Positions 25,980-38,933 of a DNA stretch of 64,000 bases are shown piece by piece; the first letter of the stretch is position 1; every line of letters begins with the position of its first letter. A program made the position numbers and the translations under genes. The notes under the pieces are model-generated. The model worked only from the letters and a program-made list of their open reading frames with translations. It was not told where the DNA came from and did no database searches. Source of the stretch: Octopus sinensis. Its lineage: Eukaryota. The stretch is from NCBI RefSeq assembly GCF_006345805.1, contig NC_043008.1, positions 17,050,001 to 17,114,000 of the forward strand, read 5' to 3'.

Positions 25980-26556
25980 AGCTATCAAGCCAATGTGATG
26001 AAAAATGGGGTTAGACCCAAAGTGCGGATACTGCAACAATGATATAGAAACAATCGACCACCTAATCTCTGGATGTAAGGTTTTAGCACCTGTAGAGTAC
26101 AAATGAAGACATGGCAGGGTTGGCCAATATCTATATTGGATAATGTGTCGGCATTATAAAATCAAATCCACTGACAAATGGTACAAGCACTACCCTGAGG
26201 GAGTAACTGAGGGAGAAAATGTAGCTATTCTTTGGGACTTCCCGGTATGTATAGATCGGACCATCACAGACAAATAAACCAGATATTATTGTGAAAGACA
26301 AAAGCAATAAAGTCTGTTTATTGATTGACATGTGACCATAATATATCTGGAAAATAATTTGATATGGTAAGAAAATAGAAAAAACTCTGCTAATCGAAAA
26401 GATGTGGCGTCTCAAGACGATTGCAATACCAGTAATTGTAGGAGCACATGGAATAATCAAAAAATGAACTGAAAATTATTTAAGAATGATCAGTGGCTTA
26501 CCATCCATACAGGAAGTGCAAAATTTGTCTTAAATGGTACGTCACATGTGTTGTAA
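25980..26556 (+). pseudogene. RLE-type (R4/Dong-like) non-LTR retrotransposon C-terminal remnant
   Basis: CCHC knuckle CGYCNNDIETIDHLISGC, EYK*RH..YLYW, ILWDFP, NKPDIIVKDK..CLLIDM (PD-D endonuclease), IPVIVGAHG; stops and frameshifts present. Confidence 0.88.
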
Positions 26557-26799
26557 TGAGAATAGTCGCTGTGAATTTTCTTTTCACCCACCTTTTATTT
26601 TATTTGTTTACTTTTCTATTTAAAATTTTTTTTTACCTTTCTTTTCTTCTTCCCCCTTTTCTCTGTCACATGACTCTGTAATGAACAATCTGGTGTGCTT
26701 GTTTTAATGGCCTGCCAATGCGTACAGTACGTTTCTCTGTCCTATATGTCAGGGAAAGAAAAGGAAACGGAATTGAAAGAAGATGCTAATGAAAATAAT

Positions 26800-26850
26800 A
26801 AACACAACAACAACAACAACAACAATAACAATAATAATAATAATAATAAT

Positions 26851-26888
<38 letters not shown>

Positions 26889-26915
26889 TAATAATAATAA
26901 TAAATAATAATAATA

Positions 26916-26946
<31 letters not shown>

Positions 26947-26971
26947 TAATAATAATAATAATAATAATAAT

Positions 26972-27002
<31 letters not shown>

Positions 27003-27026
27003 TAATAATAATAATAATAATAATAA

Positions 27027-27088
<62 letters not shown>

Positions 27089-27095
27089 TAATGAA
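26800..27095. repeat. (AAC)n then long (AAT)n microsatellite
   Basis: Directly visible. Confidence 0.95.
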
Positions 27096-27699
27096 AAATA
27101 TGGCATCGGAGGGGTGAGAGATAAATGTTTTCGCAAAGTATAGTGTGGATTACAATGCATTGCTTGGCCATGCTTTTTAATTGAACCGAATTAAGCTTTG
27201 TAAGTGTTTGACTAAAAGAAGATTAGAAGCCTAAGAACGGTGAAATTAAGAAATCAAATTGTAAACAAACGAAATCCTCGAATCTATCACTCTACACACA
27301 GACATACGCACGCACGCACGCACATACACACAGGCACGCACACATACAGTCGTATATCTATGTATGTCTTTATATATGTATGTACATACACGTGTCTATG
27401 CAGATGGACAACGAAAGTAATCAAAATGAAATACTTATAGAAAATATTGCAACGTCTTTCAATGATGGCAGGTGAATCAAACGTATTATTTATATTATTC
27501 ATATCCGTTGTAGGATATAAATAATGTGACCACTTGCTTCCGGAAAATCTGTAAGTTCGATTTTTTTCATTTTTTTTTTTTAGTATCACCAGTATATAAA
27601 TGTATACTCCTTTGAAATTAAGAAATGAAATTGTAACTAAACGAAAGCCTCGAATCCATCACTGTTGGAACACACACACGATCACATATCTATGTATTT

Positions 27700-27875
27700 A
27701 TTTATGTATATCTGAAGATAATCAAACCAAATTTTCATCATTTCGAGCCACTGACTCAATGAGTATTTCTGCCGAATTTGGTGAAGATCCGTTCATCCGA
27801 TTTCCAGTGATTTTGAAAATACACAGACAAACAGACAAATGATTACAATACCCTGCTTTCGCTTACGCGCGCTGG
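27700..27875 (+). mobile_element. Possible Helentron/HINE-like non-autonomous element 3' part
   Basis: AATTTGGTGAAGATCCGTTCATCCG..ACAGACAAACAGACAAA..ACAATACCC resembles DINE-1/HINE-type ends (recall only). Confidence 0.35.
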
Positions 27876-27920
27876 GTGGTAGTGGTAGTAGTAGTAGTAG
27901 TATTCGTAGTAGTAGTATTC

Positions 27921-27957
<37 letters not shown>

Positions 27958-28021
27958 TAGTAGTAGTTGTAGTAGTAGTAGTAGTAGTAGTAGTAGTAAT
28001 AATATTAATAATAATAAAAAT

Positions 28022-28073
<52 letters not shown>

Positions 28074-28099
28074 TTGATGGTGAGTATGATGATATTCAT

Positions 28100-28272
28100 C
28101 TCTACTAAAGGCACATGACCTGAAATTTTGAGGGAGGGGTAAGTCGATTACATCGCCCAGTGTTTTACTGGTACTTTTTTTTAATTTATCGACCCCGAAA
28201 GGATGAAACGCAAAGTCGACCTCGGCGGAATTCGAACACGGAACGTAAAGTCGGACGAAATGCCGCTAACGT
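28100..28272 (-). mobile_element. Family B SINE
   Basis: ATCGACCCCGAAAGGATGAAACGCAAAGTCGACCTCGGCGGAATTCGAAC. Confidence 0.85.
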
Positions 28273-28750
28273 AACGTGTATGAAATGTCAAATGGTTTGG
28301 TCTGTGACTTTTGGTCCACCCTGTAGATTCAGTCAAATGTCTCGCTCGTTTAGTCGTTCTTTTGAATTGAATTGAATTTTATATTAAATTCCCACCGTTA
28401 ATCATTAATTATAGCTACTTTACCCTACGATGTAAATCTATGAAATAGAACGAACATTAGTCAACACCTGGCATTCTAACAAGTGAACAGAACAAACAAT
28501 AGAACCACACGCAATCAGACTTCATATAATCATCTGTTAAATTTCTGCAAAACACACATATGAAGGAAATGCATACGAACTAAAAATTAAATGAAAGCAT
28601 AATCAAATACTCCGTAGAACAAAACACAAAATAAAGTTAGGATATAGTGCTATTGAACTACTGGGGCCGATGTAATCGACGGATCCCTCGCCTTCGAATT
28701 ACTGGTATTATTTCGGTACCAAAATAATGAAGGGATTAACAGAACGATTA

Positions 28751-29339
28751 TTATTTCTAAATTTCTGAACTAGAAACATTCAGTAACAGTACTTTAGAAT
28801 GAAGATTATTTGCCAACATAATGTGGCAGTCCTGATTATGACGAATGTTACTGTTATTTAGTCCCGGAAAACATCGTCTCCAGCTGGCTATTGACGCATT
28901 ATCTGCGTCCTTATATTTTCGAACCAGGGAGCTTAGTATCCCCACTCAGCCCAAAGCAATGTATGTGTACCAATGGTTTCTGGGTTATATCTCTTCATCA
29001 GCACACAATAACTGCTCGGCTAGATTCTTGTTCGAAATATATACTTTTCAAAGTGACACACAGTCACTGATCTCATAAATAAAAAAAATATTATTTCTTA
29101 ATCTCCGAACGAGAAACATTCAGTAACAGTATTCTACAGTATAGATTATTTGCCAACATAATGTGGCAGTCCTGATTAGGACGAATGTTACTCTAGAGTA
29201 TGTTACTGTTGAAAATACAAGGACGCAGACAGTGCGTCAATATCCAGCTGGAGACGATGTTTCCTGGGGCTAAATAACAGTAGCATTCGTTCTCCTGAAG
29301 ACTGCCTCATTATGTTGGTAAATAATCTTTACTCTAAAG
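28751..29339. repeat. Local triplication: two direct copies and one inverted copy
   Basis: 28751-28852 ~ 29091-29192; 29211-29339 ~ reverse complement of 28792-28920. Confidence 0.85.
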
Positions 29340-29344
29340 ATAGG

Positions 29345-29565
29345 GCTTATAGGGTTGACATTTTGGCTCAAGTCAAGCAATTAGCGGGGCTGGACTAAGT
29401 CGATTGCTTCGACCCCTGTGTTCAACTTGTAATTTTTTTATCGATCCCGAAAGGATGAAATGCAAAGTTGACCACACCAAAATTTGAACTCTGAACGTCA
29501 AGTCGGAAGAAATGCCACTAAGCATGTTGTCCGGTGTGGTAACGATTCTACCAGTTCACTGCCTT
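29345..29565 (-). mobile_element. Degraded family B SINE
   Basis: ATCGATCCCGAAAGGATGAAATGCAAAGTTGACC..ATTTGAACTCTGAACG. Confidence 0.75.
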
Positions 29566-29739
29566 AAAATTTAAAAAAAATGACATTGCTATTATTTGTT
29601 GTTGATGTTTCTACTGTTGCTATCGTTGTTGCTGGTCCAGTCTGATGACGTAAGAAGTATAAAAAAAACAACATGAGTACAGACATCGTAAAACAGTTCA
29701 AGCTTCTGCCCCAGCTTAGTTACATTTCAGTCACATATA

Positions 29740-30439
29740 ACGAGGGTGTTAAAACGGGTACAAATATCCCATGCTGAAAGAAAATGTATATATTTTCAAA
29801 GGCGCAGGAGTGGCTGTGTGGTAAGTAGCTTGCCTACCAACCACATGGTTCTGGGTTCAGTCCCACTGCGTGGCATCTTGGGCAAGTGTCTTCTGCTATA
29901 GCCTCGGGCCGACCAATGCCTTGTGAGTGGATTTGGTAGACGGAAACTGAAAGAAGCCTGTCGTACATATGTATATATATGTATGTATGTATGTGTATGT
30001 ATATGTTTGTGCGTCTGTGTTTGTCCCTCTAGCATTGCTTGTGTTTACGTCCCCGTCACTTAGCGGTTCGGCAAAAAAGACCGATATAATAAGTACTGGG
30101 CTTACAAAGAATAAGTCCCGGGGTCGATTTGCTCGACTAAAGGCGGTGCTCCAGCATGGCCGCAGTCAAATGACTGAAACAAGTAAAAGAGTAAAAGAGG
30201 GAGAGAGTACATATTCTTGTCTTGTATAGAGGCTTGCAGTACGTATTTCATTTGTTCTAGTCACCGGACCGTGACCATGCTGGGGCACAATTTTAATAAA
30301 GCTAAAAGATGTGCTGCTGTAATTGTTTCAGTATAATACAGACATGTATTATATATCTTCAAAATAGGTATATTTTCTTTCAACACATGACGTTTTTAAT
30401 TTTATAGCTGTATCACGTACAAATTTTTAACACCCTCGT
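29740..30439. mobile_element. Tc1/mariner-type MITE carrying an inserted SINE
   Basis: TA|ACGAGGGTGTTAAAA ... TTTTAACACCCTCGT|TA; 15-bp perfect TIR plus TA flanks. Confidence 0.7.
29801..30199 (+). mobile_element. Family A SINE, full length (copy A)
   Basis: GGCGCAGGAGTGGCTGTGTGG start, B box, internal (AT/GT) repeat, AAAAGAG tail. Confidence 0.92.
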
Positions 30440-30779
30440 TAGAGAAGATATCATTTCCTCTTGTCGCACAAACTAGAATTTATCTGTCAAAAGTCAAATC
30501 AATTATTCCACAGAACTACATCTATCGTTTTCTTGTCTCTCATTACTACTCCGAAATATAGTCTTAAGGAAACATTAATTGCCTCAATTACAACATGTTG
30601 TTCGCGTGTTGTTGTCTGGAAGGGTTTGATGTAATTTGTTTTATGAGTTCCATTTTCACATTCGTACATATTCTGTCATTCATTCATATGTAGTGAATTT
30701 TTTTTAAATTTGAGCACATAATAGCAGTTAGTCGAGGACATATACACGTTTCGTGTTTGTTTTTTGAATGCATATATTT

Positions 30780-30819
<40 letters not shown>

Positions 30820-31798
30820 CGCAGGAGTGGCTGTGTGGTAAGTAGTTGTTTACCAACCACATGGTTCCGGGTTTAGTCCCACTGCGTGGCACCTTGGCCA
30901 AGTGTCTTCTACTATAGCCTCGGGCCTACCAAAGCCTTGTGAGTGGATTTGGTAGACGGAAACTGAAAGAAGCCCGTCGTATATATGTATATATATGGAT
31001 GTGCGTGTATGTTTGTGTGTCTGTGTTTGTCCCCCCAACATCGTTTGACAACTGATGCTGGTGTGTTTACATCCCTGTAACTTAGCGGTTCGGCAAAAAA
31101 GACCGATATAATAAGTACTGGGCTTACAAAGAATAAGTCCCGGGGTCGATTTGCTCGACTAAAGGCGGTGCTCCAGCATGGCCGCAGTCAAATGACTGAA
31201 ACAAGTAAAAGAGTAAAAGAGGGAGAGAGTACATATTCTTGTCTTGTATAGAGGCTTGCAGTACGTATTTCATTTGTTCTAGTCACCGGACCGTGACCAT
31301 GCTGGGGCACAATTTTAATAAAGCTAAAAGATGTGCTGCTGTAATTGTTTCAGTATAATACAGACATGTATTATATATCTTCAAAATAGGTATATTTTCT
31401 TTCAACACATGACGTTTCTAATTTTATAGCTGTATCACGTACAAATTTTTAACACCCTCGTTAGAGAAGATATCATTTCCTCTTGTCGCACAAACTAGAA
31501 TTTATCTGTCAAAAGTCAAATCAATTATTCCACAGAACTACATCTATCGTTTTCTTGTCTCTCATTACTACTCCGAAATATAGTCTTAAGGAAACATTAA
31601 TTGCCTCAATTACAACATGTTGTTCGCGTGTTGTTGTCTGGAGGGTTTGATGTAATTTGTTTTATGAGTTCCATTTTCACATTCGTACATATTCTGTCAT
31701 TCATTCATATGTAGTGAATTTTTTTTAAATTTGAGCACATAATAGCAGTTAGTCGAGGACATATACACGTTTCGTGTTGTTTTTTGAATGCATATATT

Positions 31799-31838
<40 letters not shown>

Positions 31839-32099
31839 GCGCAGGAGTGGCTGTGTGGTAAGTAGTTGTTTACCAACCACATGGTTCGGGTTTAGTCCCA
31901 CTGCGTGGCACCTTGGCCAAGTGTCTTCTACTATAGCCTCGGGCCTACCAAAGCCTTGTGAGTGGATTTGGTAGACGGAAACTGAAAGAAGCCCGTCGTA
32001 TATATGTATATATATGGATGTGCGTGTATGTTTGTGTGTCTGTGTTTGTCCCCCCAACATCGTTTGACAACTGATGCTGGTGTGTTTACATCCCTGTAA
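30059..32099 (+). repeat. Near-identical tandem duplication, unit ~1020 bp
   Basis: 30059-31080 vs 31081-32099 differ by one seen substitution, a few 1-bp indels and (TA)n length in the shared spacer. Confidence 0.95.
30818..31221 (+). mobile_element. Family A SINE, chimeric copy B
   Basis: 5' part has copy-C variants, 3' part has copy-A variants. Confidence 0.92.
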
Positions 32100-32248
32100 C
32101 TTAGCGGTTCGGCAAAAAAGACCGATGGAATAAGTACTGGACTTACAAAGAATAAGTCGCTGGGACGAGTTGCTCGATTAAAGGCAGTGCTCTAGCCTGG
32201 CCGCAGTCGAAATGACTGAAACAAGTAAAAAGAGAAAAAGAGAAAGAG
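31838..32248 (+). mobile_element. Family A SINE, full length (copy C)
   Basis: Same structure as 29801-30199. Confidence 0.92.
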
Positions 32249-32536
32249 AATATATATATATCGTTATTTTTTCTCTTTACCAGCTTCAGTTGTTGAGTAT
32301 TGCTGTCGGGGGGATATCTTATGGGTAGTAGAACAGTATCAGTATTTTAACTGCTATTTCTAAATTTCGGTATGTGGTGGAGCAAATTTTGCTGAACCCT
32401 AATTATAATTATGCCCATAATTATAGAATTATTGTATAAGTTAACCGATAATGGTTTTTTTAACATACCAAACTACTTGGTAAAATTCTTAATTCTTAAT
32501 TAATTAATTAATTGTACGCTTTATTATATATACAAG

Positions 32537-32573
<37 letters not shown>

Positions 32574-32869
32574 GGTGTGTGTGTGTGCGTGTGTGTGTGC
32601 GTTTGCGTGCGTGTGTGTGTACGAGTGTCTGAGTCTTTGTGTCTGTGATTTTCCCCTCAACCTACCGCTTGCCAACCGACTTTGATCTCTTTACGCCCCC
32701 TTAACTTAGCGTTTCGGCAAAAGTGACCGATAGAATACCTACCAGGCTTTGAAAAGTAAATGAGTAATGGGGGTCGATTTATTCGTCTAAAAGTTCTTTG
32801 AGGTGGTGCCCCAGCATGACCGCAGCCTAATAATTGACACAGATTGAAGATAACTGATTATAAAATGTA

Positions 32870-32923
32870 TGTATATCTACCAATCTCTCTCTCTCTCTAT
32901 TCCTACTTCACTACCTCTCTCCC

Positions 32924-32976
<53 letters not shown>

Positions 32977-32984
32977 TTATCTGC

Positions 32985-33042
<58 letters not shown>

Positions 33043-33114
33043 CTATATCTCACTATCTATCTATCTTTCTATCTATCTACCTATCTATCTATATATATAT
33101 CTATCTATCCATCC

Positions 33115-33165
<51 letters not shown>

Positions 33166-33174
33166 CATCGATCG

Positions 33175-33214
<40 letters not shown>

Positions 33215-33240
33215 CTTTTCCTCATTATGTCTCTCCTCCT
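32870..33240. repeat. (ATCT)n tetranucleotide repeat (further tracts at 33715-33835 and 34660-34790)
   Basis: Directly visible. Confidence 0.95.
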
Positions 33241-33718
33241 CTCTATCTGTATATATACGAAATGAATACTCACTTATGTGCACTTGAAAGCATTAATACA
33301 CATACACACGCAAATACATTAATAGATACACAAACACACACACACATACACACACACACCAACACACGCACACCATGCGCATCGATATTTATTCATTTAA
33401 TGAATTAGGACTTTTGACACGGTGCTCTTACAAACAATCGCACGAACAAAGATTGCGCTTCAAGTGTTTCATCAACGCACCAAGCTGTCTTGCCTTCATT
33501 TGTCATGAGAAATTTTGCGTCTCATCCTTTATTCTCTCCGCCAGCATTATATCTATTTCATTATTTACATTTTATTTTATCATTTGCGTTTCTTCATCTT
33601 CAAATTACATGCTTCCCCTGCATTCGGTATCGATCTTGCATTTTCATTTTATCGCTGTCATCTCCGTTTACGCACACATATATATACGCATATATCCATC
33701 CATCAATCCATCCGTTCG

Positions 33719-33795
<77 letters not shown>

Positions 33796-33934
33796 ATGTC
33801 TGTCTATCTGTCTGTCTATCTGTCTGTCTATCTGCAGCCACATGTATATTCACATATATACAGGCATATATTACTCACTCACACACAAACATATATATAT
33901 GAAAATGCATACATTATATATACATGTATATATG

Positions 33935-34012
<78 letters not shown>

Positions 34013-34016
<4 letters not shown>

Positions 34017-34333
34017 CGCATGGCTCAGTGGTTAGAGCGCCGAGCTTACGATCGTGAGGTTGTGAGTTCGAATCCTGCGTGTTGTGTTCTTGAAAAGACA
34101 CGTTATTTCACGTTGCTCCAGTTGACTCAGCTGTGGAAAATGAATTGCGACGTCACAGGTGCCAAGCTGTATCGGCCTTTGCCTTTCCCTGGATAACACG
34201 GGTGGCGTCGAAAGGGGAGGCCGGTATGAATGGGCGGCTGCTAGTCTTCCATAAACATCATTGCCCGGATTTGTGCCTGGGAGGGTAACATCTAGGTGCA
34301 ATCCCATGATCATTCGTGATCGAAGGGGGTCTC
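34013..34333 (+). mobile_element. tRNA-derived SINE with D-like head and a distinct tail
   Basis: A box TGGCTCAGTGG, B box GAGTTCGAATCC, GTTGCTCCAG..CTCAGCTG module, tail ending GGTGCAATCCCATG..CGAAGGGGGTCTC. Confidence 0.85.
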
Positions 34334-34504
34334 AGAATATATATATATATATATATATAATATATATATATATTATATATATATATAAAACGTTATTGGT
34401 GAATTGAGAGAAATGGAGCTGAACGCAGATTGAACAGAAATCGTTTTATTAATCTACTACACTTTTGATTAATCTACTACAAGATATTCATCTTTCTATT
34501 TCAC

Positions 34505-34539
<35 letters not shown>

Positions 34540-34736
34540 ACACATACATACATACATACATATATACATACATACATACATACATACTGACATACATAGA
34601 CACGCACAAACATATATAGATGCATACACAGACACATATATGTATGTACGTGTGTCAATCTGTCCATCTATCTATCTATCCATCTATCTATCCATCTATC
34701 TATCTATGTATGTATGTATGTATGTATGTATGTATG

Positions 34737-34788
<52 letters not shown>

Positions 34789-35359
34789 AATCTACCAGTG
34801 TGTCTATCTGTCTGTCTATATGCTTGTATACATATGTGCATGTAGGTATTATTTATAATGAATATATAAGCGGGCAGACAAGGATACACACACGTACACA
34901 CCTATAGACATACGCTTTCGCTTTTTAAATAAATATTTAGCTATTAATCTAAACAGAAATTTTCTAACTTGACTCCGCAAGATAACAATTTTGTCAAACC
35001 CTTGTTTTCATCTCATCACTTACTGAGACATTTTTCGTTTCCAGCATCATGCTTTATTATTGGTTATTTTTTTTTACCACTTGACAACCCTATCATTATT
35101 GTCTTTCATCCCTAGACAGCAGTACACACACACACACACACACATATACACAACACACATAATGCATAACTGTGTGAACGTTCGCCAAGATGCACACGCA
35201 AATGTTGATACCTATATTCTATTTTCGTGTTTTCTTCTGTAAAACAATTACACATATATACGGAAAAAGAGATTAAATATCTTGTCTCTCCCCGCCCAAT
35301 AAATTTGTCGATAAATGCGGACACACACATCCATACACACACACACACACATACACACG

Positions 35360-35406
<47 letters not shown>

Positions 35407-35810
35407 ACGCACACATTCACTGAAACACACACGTATCATCTTTGTGTTTTGCTTTTTTCTCTCTCATTAGGCTTGGCCATGCTAGGGTACTCAGTGTATC
35501 GCTTTAGTAGAACAAACCGACCTCACGACTTCTGTTTTCCTTTAAGAGTAGTACTTAGTCTCTTTCACAGGATCACTAAGTTACAGGAACCGGAAAAAAA
35601 ACCAAGACCGGCAGCGAAGCGTTGCTATGCATGTATAATACCATGACAAGCACAGACTGAAAGACGCACATATACACACCAACACACACACATACACACA
35701 CACACAAACACATATATATGTGTGTGAGTGTGTGTTTGTGTGTGTGTATATATATGTATGAATCTGTGTGTGAGTATGAATGTATGTATGTATGTATGTA
35801 TATATAAATA

Positions 35811-35846
<36 letters not shown>

Positions 35847-36529
35847 TGTATGTATGTATCTGTGAGTGTGTATGAATGTATGTATGTATGTATCGATGAT
35901 GGGCTTCTATAAAGTTTCCGCCCATGAATTTCACTTACAAAACCTCACTCGTCCCAAGATAATTATAGAAATCTCTTGCTGAAGTTGCAGTGCAATGGAA
36001 CTGAATCTCCGAAACCACGTGCTCGCAAAGTGACCTTCTTGACAACATAGCGAGAATATACGTTTTTTGGGGAAAAGATACGCCGATATGATATCCGTCA
36101 CTTTTCACACAATGTGAGACAGAATACATAGACTTTGTTTTCAAATATATAACCGTTTAATATAACTTCAAATTACACGAATTCTGAAAGTGCCAATACG
36201 GATGCTCTGAAGATGATGATTTCAGAGGAATTACCGATTCAACCATGAACATTTGAACATTTAATTCAGTTACCTTAATCGGTCATAGAGTATTCACTAT
36301 CACAAGTTTTAAAATGGAAAATTATGATTTGCGAAAGATATAGCTGCTATTTCTAACAAATAATGCAGCTTCCTACAGGCTTGTGTTTTAAGTCCTTTTT
36401 GTAATAGTTATATTCAGACTTAAGTATTGTTGATTTTCATCGCCTAATAGTAAAATAGGGGTAGCTGTATCGAAACTACTGTCTTAATAATAATTTATAG
36501 TATATTCCATCTTCAGTCTTTCATTTACC

Positions 36530-36578
36530 ATATATATATATAAATGTGTGTGTGTATATATATATAATATATATTTAT

Positions 36579-36635
<57 letters not shown>

Positions 36636-36653
36636 TATATAATATATATATAT

Positions 36654-36731
<78 letters not shown>

Positions 36732-36790
36732 CTATTATATATATATATATATATTATATATATAGATATATATATATATATTATGAGCGA
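36530..36790. repeat. (TA)n-rich tract
   Basis: Directly visible. Confidence 0.95.
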
Positions 36791-37464
36791 AAATGGCGAA
36801 ATCGTCTGATCTATAAACAGACTTCCATCGGTTAAATATTTTTAATACAAAACTTATAATATATATATGTGCTTATTGAAAACGTTTGTTCACTGGATGC
36901 ATATATTCCTCTTCTCCCCACTTCACAGCAGAATACCTGAAATACCCACAGCTGCTCTTTAGCTTGGTTTTCGCGTCTAAAAGAAAAACTTTCCTAAGAT
37001 AAATAATTCTGTTTCGTATGACCTGGCTTCAGTTGATTTCATTTCATTTCAATGGAGCGAAAAATAACAGCTGGACTCGTTTTATCTTATTTGTATTAAT
37101 TCACTGTCGTTCGTCCCTTGTAATAACAAAACATACTCTTCACACTGCGTGTACTTTTAAAGACTTGTTTTCTTTCACTCGTGGGTATTGTTATCAAAAC
37201 GTTAACTCTCGGAAAAATCAATACTAAAACGGCAACAGTTGCCTATATGGTGAATAACGTTTCATAAATTCTTCAGGAATATTTTCGTTGACAGAGCTCA
37301 AATTAAAAGGAAAGTATCTATACGATTGTTCGATCTATAGAAATAGTCACCTATTTTTGTCCGAGTAACAAACTTGTATTGATAAATGACAAATTACGTA
37401 TGTAAGGAAGCGAAGTTGACCTACATTTGTTTGATTCATTCTGCAGAGAGAAAGATCATAGCCT

Positions 37465-38147
37465 TCTACTCTAGGCACAAAACCCGAAACTTTTTTGGGG
37501 AAGGGGGCCAGCCGATTAGATCGACCCCAGTACGCAACTGGTATATATTTATCGATCTCGAAAGGATGAAAGGTAAAGTCGACCTCGGCGGAATTTGAAC
37601 TCAGAACGTAACAGCAGACGAAATACATATCCCTATTTCTTTACTAGCCACAAGGGGCTAAACAAAGAGAGGACAAACAAGGACAGACAAACGGATTAAG
37701 TCGATTATATCGCCCCCATTGCGTAACTTGTACTTATTTAATCGACCCCGAGAGGATGAAAGGCAAAGTTGACCTCCACGGAATTTGAACTCAGAACGTA
37801 ATGGCAGAAGAAATACCTATTTCTTTACTACCCACAAGGGTCTAAGGACAGACAAACGGATTAAGTCGATTATATCGAACCCAGTGCGTAACTGGTACTT
37901 ATTTAATAGGCCCCGAAAGGATGAAAGGCAAAGTCGACCTCGGCGGAATTTGAACTCAGAACGTAGTGGCAGACGAAATATCGCTCTGCATTTTGCCCTG
38001 CGTGTATACGTTTCTGATTTTTTTATTGCCCACAAGGGGCTAAACATAGAGGGGACAAATAAGGACAGACAAAGGGATTAAGTCGATTACATCAACACCA
38101 GTGCGGAACAGGTACTTAATTTATCGACCCCCGAAAGGATGAAAACA
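37465..38147 (-). mobile_element. Head-to-tail array of about four family-B SINE monomers
   Basis: Recurrent ATCGACCCCGAAAGGATGAAAGG..GAATTTGAACTCAGAACG and CCCACAAGGG..GGACAGACAAA modules; period about 184 bp. Confidence 0.88.
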
Positions 38148-38561
38148 AATAATGATATCTATATAAACATTCACTCCTGAATATTCGCTATATATATATA
38201 TCTGAAAGGATTAAAATTCAACGTTGGGATATTGTCTTAACCTGATTTGCCTTCAGTTGATTTCTGTAGTTATCATCAGCGTAATTTGGCGATTTGAATA
38301 AGAGTTTTGACTGTTCTTTCCAGCAGGTAGACATACTTAGTATGTCCTTTGATTAATTTTGATCTTTCAGCTATTCTTGGAGATGCAATCGCCTATATTA
38401 TTAATTCTGTTATTATCATTTTTAAGATAGATACACAAGGTAATAACAAAATTAATAATATCTCTTTTCGGGATATATTTTTCTCGTGAATTGCTTGCCC
38501 GTGTGTGTGTGTGTGTGTGTGTGAGTGTGTGTGTGAGTGTTGTGTGTGTGTGTGTGTGTGT

Positions 38562-38631
<70 letters not shown>

Positions 38632-38933
38632 CTTTATATTTATTCCAGGAATATGATCGGGCTCAGTTTAAATTTATGCTGAAGGCCATCATAAATTTTT
38701 TCATTATATTTCATGACGTACATCCTTAATTATTCCATGGATTTTTCTTTTCAGATGTTACTTAAAAAGAAAATATAAATGAACAGCATTTTCTTAGGAG
38801 ATGAAAATGTCTGTCCTCAGACCTAATAAACTTCCTGACATAGCAACCCGAAATAGAATCGTTTAGCCTAGTCGTGTTCATAATCATTCCTATGCATTTA
38901 TGGAACTGCATACGATCAGGATACATTCTACTA

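Noticed and set aside
29801-29880. tRNA genes at SINE heads
   Set aside because: A and B boxes are present but no full cloverleaf, and each continues into a SINE body.
32844-34057. Long YLSI-repeat ORFs, and similar YI/CV/HT ORFs throughout
   Set aside because: Translations of (ATCT)n, (TA)n, (GT)n and (ATGT)n.
36465-36525. Minus-strand CTGAAGA..CGATACAGCT
   Set aside because: GATA replaces GAAA and the stems are too decayed to call.
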